Made by a program: the position numbers and the translations under genes | Part shown: positions 18,035 through 26,569 of the stretch, in pieces | How the letters are laid out: each line of letters opens with the position of its first letter | Numbering within the stretch: position 1 is the first letter of the stretch | Assembly: GCA_963777505.1 (NCBI GenBank) | Contig: CAVZQN010000004.1 | Span: forward strand, 992,001-1,056,000 | From: an uncultured bacterium | GTDB taxonomy: Bacteria > Acidobacteriota > HRBIN11 > JAKEFK01 | Direction: 5' to 3' | Length of the DNA: 64,000 nt | Notes under the pieces: model-generated | The model's database searches: none | Told to the model about the DNA's origin: nothing | Seen by the model: only the letters and a program-made list of their open reading frames with translations

Positions 18035-19811
18035 TTAGTCGACCTCGATGTACGCAAAGTTGGCTGTTGTATTTGAAACCTGAAATCCAATTGTACCGGA
18101 TGATACGGGTCCGCCTGCAGCCACTGTGAAAATCGAAACTCCATCAACAAGCACCGTAAAGTTGGATCCATCAAACGTGATGCGAATCACATAAGGTGTA
18201 TTTGGCAAGAGTTGAATCGGCCCGTTCTTTTTGGCAACAATTTGTCCAGCAATGCGTTGCTTGAACACGACGCTGTTTTTGCCTTCTCGAATCAGCAATT
18301 CAATCCGGTTCTTTTTATCTTCATGCCACCCGAAAATCCAGACTTTGCTGGTAAGCCCACCGGCTGTTGATACACTTGTTTCCACGAAGCAATTGAGACA
18401 GCCAGTAAATGGTGTTGCGAGTGCGATGGCTTTTTTGCCTTGCGGCACTCCATTTAAGTTGCCTCCGGATTCCGTCCATGTTGGCTTTTCGAAAGTCCAC
18501 AACGGCAAAACATTGTCTGCGAAGTCATCACAAAATAAACATCCAGGCGGTGGAGGTGTCGAAGATGTAAATTCATCTGCGCCAATGTCGTAATCGGATC
18601 CTTGCGGACGCGTCTCCCCATCAAAATCATTTGTAACGGCAGCCAGCAAAGGCGCTTGATCGATTGCATCAGTGGCCGTTGATTGCAAGTGCAGATTTGC
18701 GGAGGCAGCATTCACAAACATTCCAGAAGTTGCAGAAAGATAATTGCCACTCATCGTTGCGGTGCCGCCATTGCGGAAATTGATTCCCAAATCAGCAAGA
18801 TTGTTGCGCGCTTCTCCTCCTGTTGTCACAAAACGAAATTCAATCGAATGAAAAATATTTGAATTGAGCAGAAATGTATTGTGAAAGACTTTTGTATTTG
18901 GTGAATCCCAAATGATGAACGCGCCATCCGAACTTGCTTTTCTTGCAGCAGTCATTAATCCCGGTTCAAGATAAACAAAATTATTGCGTATCGTTCCGCC
19001 GCTATGATCCGATCCGGAAATATCCTGCAAACCATATGAAATCGCACGATCAACATTAATAAATGTATTGCGTGTCAGTCAGCGTATTCGTTGAGTGGTT
19101 CCACATCAAGACTGCTGGATTCCATGGATAATCCGATGAATCAGGAGTGTGAAAATCTTTAAACATGTTTCCTCGAATAATCCAGTTGTCGGCAGCGTGC
19201 GCGCTCACTCCATTTGTATAACCCACGCCTGCGCCATGATCCGTTGCAGGTGGTCCATTCGTATATTCGAGCCAGGAATATTCGATGATTCCATTATTCA
19301 CTCCAACACCGTTCGCTGCATCAGTAGGATTTGCCTTAATGAATTGCGATCCAGCATTCAACAGTTTGACGCTATACACGCGTGGTGATTGAGCGCCGCT
19401 ATTAAAAATGAGTGCGTTATCCCAGGTATCGCGGATTGTTAAATGAGCGATGGTTGTATTCGTTGAATTTGACCAGACACCATGAGGGACGTTGCCGAAG
19501 TTGGAATTATCCATTCCGTTGCCAACGAGAACCACATTATCGCATCCGGAATTTCCACGAATCGTCACATTGTTTTTGCCGTTCACATAAAGAGTGCTCG
19601 TAATGTCATATGTGCCGTTATCAAGAACGATCGTGTCGCCCGCCTGCAAATTTCCCATCGCGGTTTGAAGTTCCGCATTATTGGATACATTCACGATGCG
19701 CGTGCCTGTTAACGCAAGATCGGGCGCATTACACGCAGTTTGAGCGAAGGCAGAAATTGAGCTTCCGAAAATAAAGATAGGAATAGATAGAAGTCGTAAA
19801 ACGAGTCCCAT
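18035..19811 (-). CDS. Secreted right-handed beta-helix protein with DIGADE anchor motif and C-terminal CLFCDDF beta-sandwich domain; split by one extra base near 19074
   Basis: Removing one base joins 19056-19853 and 18035-19030 as NTLTERNTFINVDRAISYGLQDISG; signal peptide from ATG 19811. Confidence 0.8.
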
Positions 19812-20005
19812 GAGCCTAACCTCTTCTCTATGTTTTCCCTTATCATACACCAACTGAGCTAGGTGCTTATTTTAAGCGTTCTTAGTTTTTCTTGATGAAC
19901 GAGGCTTCCTTGTTCATGATAACTGCACCTATCAAAAAGGGATCCTGTTGCGTCGCCTGGAGGACTTGTGGCTGCATCCGCTGCGCTGACGTTCACCCTC
20001 AGGAT

Positions 20006-20464
20006 TTATTTAATGGGGGATTTCTGCTTTCCCATGGCTATCTGAGGCGGCTGGAATTGAGATTTGAATCGAATATCTTCCGCCAGTTTCGCTGCAGTTA
20101 GAGATGGATTCGCACCTTCTGATTGCACCCAAATTCCAACCGTATCTCCTTCTGGTGGAGGTTGAATGATCGCAATCACTCCCTTCGCCGAAAGATCGGG
20201 ACCTGTTGCTTTGACACCTTCGAAGGAATCTGGCATTGACATTATTCCTTGATGAATTTGGGAATCTTGGACCGTTTGAGGCACATTCAGTTGTTGGCCG
20301 AGTTTTAATTCTGCTCCTTCAAATAGATTATTCGTACATGCGAGATCGGACTCCGAAAGTCCTAGTTTTACCGCGATCGAGTTTAATGTCTCACCCTGCT
20401 GCACAGTGTAGACATCTAGTTGTTGGGATATTTGGGGTTGCCCCGAAGGGCCCATTATACGCAT
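20006..20464 (-). CDS. LysM domain protein, no signal peptide
   Basis: YTVQQGETLNSIAVKLGLS..NNL..LKLGQQLNVP; GGAGG RBS. Confidence 0.8.
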   Translation of the reverse strand: MRIMGPSGQPQISQQLDVYTVQQGETLNSIAVKLGLSESDLACTNNLFEGAELKLGQQLNVPQTVQDSQIHQGIMSMPDSFEGVKATGPDLSAKGVIAIIQPPPEGDTVGIWVQSEGANPSLTAAKLAEDIRFKSQFQPPQIAMGKQKSPIK

Positions 20465-20595
20465 TTGTTTGCCTCCTAAGTTTTTCGTTGAACCTTTTTG
20501 CGGTTCACTACTTAAAGAGGTAGAAGGAGAGGTGATATTGGTACACCTAAAAGTTGTCGTGCTTGATTTTTTGTTTTATAAGAGAAGTGGCGAAT

Positions 20596-21096
20596 TTAGT
20601 CGTCATCCCGTCTCACTGGTTCATCTGATGCAGAGGGCTCTTTCTCTTTCGCCGCTGCCTGATCTTCCAGTCCATTTGAGATTAGGTTCCCGACTATCTG
20701 TACAGCCGCTGCGACTACAGCAGTAATCGGTTGTTCGGGGGTTATTTCTTCCTTTTGCTTTTCCAAAAGTTCCCTTTGTTTCTCGGCTCCTTCCAGCGCC
20801 TCATCATTTGCATTGTTCGTTTTCATCTGTGAAGATGACCCAGGAAAATCGTAGTTTTCCAGATTATTTCCTTTGGTGTTCAATGAATGGTCTATTGCAC
20901 CTACAACCACGGAGCCGATCAGCGAGCCTCTATTAACATTGCTAAAAAGGCCGTTGTCTTTTTGTGGAGCCGTCTCAAAAGAATCTCGACTGCTTGCAAT
21001 CCCTGGGGTTGTGGGGCGAGGCTGTTCTGCCTGATCCTGTGTATTCACTTCAACGGATTCAATCGGGGTGTTGTTGTTACTTCGATTGATTTTCAT
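20596..21096 (-). CDS. Hypothetical protein, disordered N-terminus
   Basis: 166 aa ORF with GGAG RBS; polar low-complexity sequence with two short hydrophobic patches. Confidence 0.6.
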   Translation of the reverse strand: MKINRSNNNTPIESVEVNTQDQAEQPRPTTPGIASSRDSFETAPQKDNGLFSNVNRGSLIGSVVVGAIDHSLNTKGNNLENYDFPGSSSQMKTNNANDEALEGAEKQRELLEKQKEEITPEQPITAVVAAAVQIVGNLISNGLEDQAAAKEKEPSASDEPVRRDDD

Positions 21097-21475
21097 ATTT
21101 ATTAGCTCCAGCCTGGTTTGAAGTCATCGATGCTATAGGAAGTCCGCTCAGGTTCTTTATTTGCGTTGTAAGAGCTCTCCTTCAAATTGATGAAGATGCT
21201 GAAACATAAACCATATTGGTAAGTGGCGAGCGTTCTGTTGCGGGAGGATTCGTTAGTATCGTTCGAGTAATATTCGACGGATCCTGGCTATTGGGCAGGT
21301 TTTTCTGTTTCAGGCGTTGCAGGGGAGAAAGTGAACATGTCCAAATTTGTAGTCAATTCTTTCGTATATTATTCAGGAATTGCTGTATTCTTAATTGCTG
21401 CCTTGTTGGTTATACGTAATTTTCGATCTAAAACCGCCAGGGTTCGGTGTTGAATTGGAGTCTATTGGAGGATTT

Positions 21476-22108
21476 ATGTTTCGCAAAGTCATCGTAGTGA
21501 CAACAGTCTTTTTGTTATTTCTTTCTGGTTATGCTTTTTCGACAAAGATTAAAGATACCTGGAAAGATCCGAATGCAACTGCGGAGAGCTTTCAGTTTAA
21601 GAAAGCACTTGTAGTCGTAATCATAAAGGATAAATTCATCCGCAAAGTTGCGGAAGACAAAGCAGTCAAAATCATAAAAGCGAACGGTAGGTCCGATGCA
21701 GCAGCTTCTTATGTTGTTTTTGGAGAGACAGAGGTAAAAGATAAAGAGCAGGCGAAGTCTCTCATTGAAGGGCAGGGATTTGATGCAGCGATTGTCATGA
21801 AGTCTACCGGTGCTGATGATGATGTAAGATATTACGAACAGACAGAGGGTCAGACATACCCCTACAATCAATTTTGGGGCTATTACAGCTATGGTTGGGG
21901 AGCGATTTACAATGCCACGGAAGATACTGACCTCCATGTATTTATTGAAACGCGGTTTTACTCACTGAAGGATGACAAATTAATTTGGGCCGGTGTGAGT
22001 GAAACCAAGAATCCGAAAAATCCTGCGAAGGTTGTTGCGGAGATTGCGGAAGAAACATCGAAATATCTTCAAAAGCAAGGATTAATTCCAAAGAAGTCAA
22101 TTGCGTGA
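21476..22108 (+). CDS. Exported hypothetical protein (DUF4136-like)
   Basis: GGAGG RBS, signal peptide, WKDP, FWGYYSYGW, ETRFYSLKDDKLIWAGVSET. Confidence 0.75.
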   Translation: MFRKVIVVTTVFLLFLSGYAFSTKIKDTWKDPNATAESFQFKKALVVVIIKDKFIRKVAEDKAVKIIKANGRSDAAASYVVFGETEVKDKEQAKSLIEGQGFDAAIVMKSTGADDDVRYYEQTEGQTYPYNQFWGYYSYGWGAIYNATEDTDLHVFIETRFYSLKDDKLIWAGVSETKNPKNPAKVVAEIAEETSKYLQKQGLIPKKSIA

Positions 22109-22171
22109 ACGATTATTGTTCCTCCCCCTTGGATAAGGGGGAGGTTGCTTATCGAAGGGGGGAGAATCACT

Positions 22172-23068
22172 ATGAAGAGATTCCTGGTTGCTGTCTTGGG
22201 TTTGTTATCTTTCACAACTGCCTCCGCGCTGAATTTACCCGGCGCTCCTAATTGTCCGATGTTTCCCGACACGAATGTGTGGAATAAAGAAGTAGCGCAA
22301 CTTCCACTTAATCGAAATTCAGCCGCATTAATCCGGTCCATTGGTCTTTCTGAAGAACTGCATCCTGATTTCGGATCGAATTTGAGTTATGGAATTCCTT
22401 ATAACGTTGTTGGAAGCAACACTCAAAAAGTTAGAGTCAATTTTTATTACGATGATGAATCGGATGCAGGACCTTATCCAATTCCGCCAAATCCAAAAAA
22501 AGAAGCAGGCGGCGACCAGCACATTTTGATCGTGGATCGCGACGCGTGCAAGCTCTATGAAATTTACGATGCTAGTTTGGTGAATGGTAGATGGGAAGCG
22601 GGTGCTGGAGCTATTTGGAATTTGCGATCAAATTTGTTACGGCCAAATAATTGGACAAGCGCCGATGCTGCAGGATTACCGATTCTGCCGGGTCTGGTGC
22701 GATTTGATGAGGCTTCGCGCGGCTTGATCAATCATGCAATCCGTTTTACAGCACCACGAACTCGAAACGCACATATCTTCCCGGCCCGTCATCATGCAGG
22801 TTCTTCAAACGACTCTTCACTCCCACCGATGGGACTTCGAGTTCGGTTGAAGGCTTCATACAATATCAATTCCTTTTCACCGAGAAACCGCGTCATTCTG
22901 ACTGCGCTTAAACGCTACGGTATGATTCTCGCAGACAACGGAAGTCCATGGTTTATCAGCGGAGTATCTGACAGACGTTGGAATGCTGAGGATTTGAACC
23001 AGCTAAAAAGGATCAAAGGCAGCGCATTTGAAGCCGTTGATACATCCAGCCTACGCAACGGCCAGTAA
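22172..23068 (+). CDS. Secreted protein of unknown function (TSADAAGLPILPGL motif)
   Basis: Signal peptide, YGIPY, DQHILIVD, LYE, HAIRFT, GLRVRL, YGMILADNG. Confidence 0.8.
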   Translation: MKRFLVAVLGLLSFTTASALNLPGAPNCPMFPDTNVWNKEVAQLPLNRNSAALIRSIGLSEELHPDFGSNLSYGIPYNVVGSNTQKVRVNFYYDDESDAGPYPIPPNPKKEAGGDQHILIVDRDACKLYEIYDASLVNGRWEAGAGAIWNLRSNLLRPNNWTSADAAGLPILPGLVRFDEASRGLINHAIRFTAPRTRNAHIFPARHHAGSSNDSSLPPMGLRVRLKASYNINSFSPRNRVILTALKRYGMILADNGSPWFISGVSDRRWNAEDLNQLKRIKGSAFEAVDTSSLRNGQ

Positions 23069-23079
23069 CGCCAGTCCTG

Positions 23080-24003
23080 CTAATCTTTCGTAATAATCGA
23101 AAAGCCATCAAAAAGATACGTGCGATTTTCTTCATCATGTTTATATATGGCACTTCTATCTTGAATCGCAACAAAAGCTTTATCCAATTTTTCCAGGTAT
23201 GTTGATGGTAGAAGGGTTTCGTTATGACCTACCAGCAAATATTCTATGGAGCCCATCATACTGTGAAGCTTCGCCGCAGTTTTCGAATAGAGCTCGAAAT
23301 CTGATCCTGGAACATGTGTATAGAGCGGCGCAGGATAAAATGTATCGCCTGTAAACAAAAGCCGGTTTTTTCGATCTAAAAGGCAAAGCGAATCCGGCGA
23401 ATGTCCGGGAGTCAAAATCACTTCAAGCACTCTGTCTCCCAGATCAATTTTTGATCCGTTCTGAATGAACTTGGTGATTTTGAAAGGCTTGCTTGTAAAT
23501 TCATTAGCAGAAAATTCTTTTGGTGTCTCTTTCCAAATTGAACCTTCACTTACAAATTCTTTCATCTCGTCATTAGTTTTTCCTCTAGAATTAGAACGCG
23601 AAAATTCTGAATCAACACCATAAACTTCCTTGAACTGATAATTTCCACCAACATGATCGTAGTGCGTATGTGAATTGATCACGACCGGTTCCGAATTCGC
23701 AATTTCCACGACTAGCTTCCTCATGTTTCCGATGCCAAGACCTGAATCAAATAAAAGACATTTTTTTGACCCAACGATCAGGTATGAAATCACTTCTTCC
23801 CACTGACCCGATTCGTAAATTGCAAATATGCCAGGCCGGATTTCATAAACCTCGAACCAATTTTGACTTTGCGGAATTTTCTTGAATCGACTCCATGAAG
23901 GTCTTGGAAGCTTTTCCCACCATGTTTCCTGAGCTTCAACCAAACACGTACACAGGAAAAATAAAAGCAATGTTTTGAGAATGTGATTCAGGAGGGAGTG
24001 CAT
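23080..24003 (-). CDS. MBL-fold metallo-hydrolase
   Basis: HTHYDHVGG, TPGHSPD, LFTGD, GH; signal peptide. Confidence 0.9.
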   Translation of the reverse strand: MHSLLNHILKTLLLFFLCTCLVEAQETWWEKLPRPSWSRFKKIPQSQNWFEVYEIRPGIFAIYESGQWEEVISYLIVGSKKCLLFDSGLGIGNMRKLVVEIANSEPVVINSHTHYDHVGGNYQFKEVYGVDSEFSRSNSRGKTNDEMKEFVSEGSIWKETPKEFSANEFTSKPFKITKFIQNGSKIDLGDRVLEVILTPGHSPDSLCLLDRKNRLLFTGDTFYPAPLYTHVPGSDFELYSKTAAKLHSMMGSIEYLLVGHNETLLPSTYLEKLDKAFVAIQDRSAIYKHDEENRTYLFDGFSIITKD

Positions 24004-24036
24004 AGGAGAATAATAACGGATTAATGGATAAATGGA

Positions 24037-25101
24037 TTACGTGGGCAATTTTTCTGGCGGTGGAAAACCATGTTGTTCGCGGCCAGGTGGTCCATCAAAT
24101 CTTTTGGAGGTTTTATAAAGTTCATATCTGCCGTCAAACGCATACTGTGCACATTTCTGGCGAATTGCAGCCATTTCTTGAGCTTGCAGCGGTTTGAATG
24201 CCCGGGCGATGGCAAGATTTTGGTTAAAGACCCCGACCGAATCAATGCCGCTCACAAGAGTTGCAATTGGAAGGCTCATTACATAACCCAAAGCTTCTTC
24301 CACTGTCACAATACCCTGTTTTACAGCTTCTCCAGTTCCACCAAGACTCTTCATTCCTATCGCAGCAATTCCACGGCGATTCAATTCCGGCAATACTTTT
24401 TGCTCAAAGCTTCTGAATGATGCATCGAAAACTCCGAGCGGAAGTTGGCAAGCATCAAAAGGAAAATCATGCGACAACATTTTCAAATGGATTGCGGGAT
24501 CTTTATGACCAGTAAACCCGATAAACTTCACCTTACCCTGTTTCTTCGCTTCTTCAAGAGCTTCAATTGCACCACCTGAAGCAAAATGAAGATCAGGATC
24601 GTTGTCATATACAACTTCATGAATTTGCCACAAATCAAGATAATCAGTTTGGAGCCGCTTTAATGATTGCTCAAGCTGTTGCATTGCAACATCTTTCTTG
24701 CGCCCATGCGAGCAAACTTTAGTCATTAAGAATGCTTTATCGCGCCGTCCTTTCAGCGCCTTGCCCATCCATTCTTCGCTGCGACCATCATGATATTCCC
24801 ACGCGTTATCCATAAAGTTGATGCCCGCATCCAGGGCTTCATGCACGATCCGGATTGCCTCTGATTCAAGTTTTACTTCCCCCAGTGTGTAACCACCAAT
24901 CCCGATAATTGAAACCTGTATTCCAGTACGGCCAAAAGGTCTGCGAGGAACTTCGTTATCCATTTTCTGTCCTGTCGCCTCTTTAAATGTTGAATTTATT
25001 ATGCCTGCGCCGGCTCCAATGATCGCAGCATTTTTCAAAAATTTTCGCCGGCCTGCATCAAATTCGGAATTATCTGCGCTCAAATATTTTTTTAACCTCA
25101 A
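24037..25101 (-). CDS. Aldo/keto reductase with Tat-like signal
   Basis: RRKFLK; GINFMDNAWEY, MTK, SLKRLQTDYLDLWQIH, IGFTGH. Confidence 0.9.
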   Translation of the reverse strand: MRLKKYLSADNSEFDAGRRKFLKNAAIIGAGAGIINSTFKEATGQKMDNEVPRRPFGRTGIQVSIIGIGGYTLGEVKLESEAIRIVHEALDAGINFMDNAWEYHDGRSEEWMGKALKGRRDKAFLMTKVCSHGRKKDVAMQQLEQSLKRLQTDYLDLWQIHEVVYDNDPDLHFASGGAIEALEEAKKQGKVKFIGFTGHKDPAIHLKMLSHDFPFDACQLPLGVFDASFRSFEQKVLPELNRRGIAAIGMKSLGGTGEAVKQGIVTVEEALGYVMSLPIATLVSGIDSVGVFNQNLAIARAFKPLQAQEMAAIRQKCAQYAFDGRYELYKTSKRFDGPPGREQHGFPPPEKLPT

Positions 25102-25191
25102 TACGACTCGAAATCTATTCCTGATTGTTGAATTAACAAGCTATAGTGCTTGTGATACATTACCGTAGTTCCGCGCAACCGGAGGCGCTTC

Positions 25192-26358
25192 ATGATAACG
25201 AAATTCGTCTATTTTCTTGTTTTGATTCTCTTCGCATCGATGAACATCTTTGCGAACGCTGATGAGGAGGAGATGAATCGCGATCTGAAAAAGCTCATTG
25301 ATAAATCTGTGAAGGATTTGAAGCATCGTGATCCTGAACGCCGTGGTGAAGCGGCTGAAACTTTAGGGAAATTGAAGTATGAACCTGCAGTTCCCGGGCT
25401 TGCGGAAGCGTTGAACGATAAGGATGAATGGGTACGTGTGCGGGCAGCTTCCGCTTTGTGGGAAATTGGCGAAGCTTCTTCTTCAGCAATACCTTCCTTA
25501 TATAAAGCACTTGAGGATCCAAGCGGGCGAGTCCGGCTTTTTGCAGCAGGCGCTCTCCGGATGCTCGATCAAGATGAACAAAAATTAATTCCGCCATTGC
25601 AAGAAGTATTGAGAAGTGCAAATGTCTGGAACCGTGCGTATGCCATCGTTCAACTTATGGAGATGAATGTTTCAGTGGAAGAACTTTTACCGCCGATCAA
25701 TTCAATCCTTCTCGATCCAGAGCATCGAACGCCTGAATCGTACGATTTCGACCTATTTTCTATGAAATTCGAAGCTGTCAATTCAGATCCGAATGTTGAT
25801 GCAAAACGGATGCTATTGGAAGGGCTGGAAGATCAAGAAGTTCTACCACAGGGAATTGTCCCGGCACTTGAGTTTGCCAAAAAGGATCTGGATAGTTCGG
25901 TTCGAAGTGGTGCGATCGATTGTTTAACAAAAGTCAGTGAATCAGATGATAACAAAATAGCAAGATTAATCAGCACTTTAAAAACTGCAAAGGGATACGA
26001 TCGTGTAACAGCAATGAGATTGATTGGGGATATGGAGCCTGTACCACGTGAAGCAGTTCCAGAATTGATTTCTGCCGCCCGCGACAAGGATACTGATATA
26101 CGCGTGGCTGCCGCTGATTGTCTTGGCAAAACGAAACCTGTAAGCCTTGAAACAATTCAGGTGCTGATCACACTTTTAAAAGATAAAAAAACTGAGGTAC
26201 GTCAAGCGTCCGCTGACGCTTTTGAAGAAATTGGAGCAGACGGAAAGGAAGCGATTCCATCCTTGTGGCAAGTCGCAAATGGGGATAAAGATACGTTTGT
26301 AAGAAACGCCGCTAAAAGAGCTCTTGGCAAAATGGGTGAAAAAATCACATGGGAATGA
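25192..26358 (+). CDS. HEAT-repeat protein with signal peptide
   Basis: Repeated LxDxDxxVRxxAAxAL units. Confidence 0.85.
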   Translation: MITKFVYFLVLILFASMNIFANADEEEMNRDLKKLIDKSVKDLKHRDPERRGEAAETLGKLKYEPAVPGLAEALNDKDEWVRVRAASALWEIGEASSSAIPSLYKALEDPSGRVRLFAAGALRMLDQDEQKLIPPLQEVLRSANVWNRAYAIVQLMEMNVSVEELLPPINSILLDPEHRTPESYDFDLFSMKFEAVNSDPNVDAKRMLLEGLEDQEVLPQGIVPALEFAKKDLDSSVRSGAIDCLTKVSESDDNKIARLISTLKTAKGYDRVTAMRLIGDMEPVPREAVPELISAARDKDTDIRVAAADCLGKTKPVSLETIQVLITLLKDKKTEVRQASADAFEEIGADGKEAIPSLWQVANGDKDTFVRNAAKRALGKMGEKITWE

Positions 26359-26371
26359 TTAGCAGCATTTA

Positions 26372-26563
26372 AGATTTCAGATGCTAGATTTTAGATTGAA
26401 ATTTTTGATTTTAGATTTATGGAAATGATAGGCAAGGTAAGAATTTTCTTAACCTTTGAGGCTCTGCCAAAACTTTACAGAAACTTTAAACTTAGCAGGA
26501 AGAAATTTCAATCAAAAATGATTCAATTTCGATCTGAAATCTAGGATCTGAAATCTGAAATCT
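26372..26563. repeat. Inverted heptamer arrays (AGATTTC...ATCTGAA) flanking a ~100 bp core
   Basis: agatttc-agatgct-agatttt-agattga ... atctgaa-atctagg-atctgaa-atctgaa. Confidence 0.7.
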
Positions 26564-26569
26564 CTTAAT

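Noticed and set aside
21100-21400. Small gene in the gap between 21096 and 21476
   Set aside because: Only short ORFs without a convincing RBS or recognisable motif.
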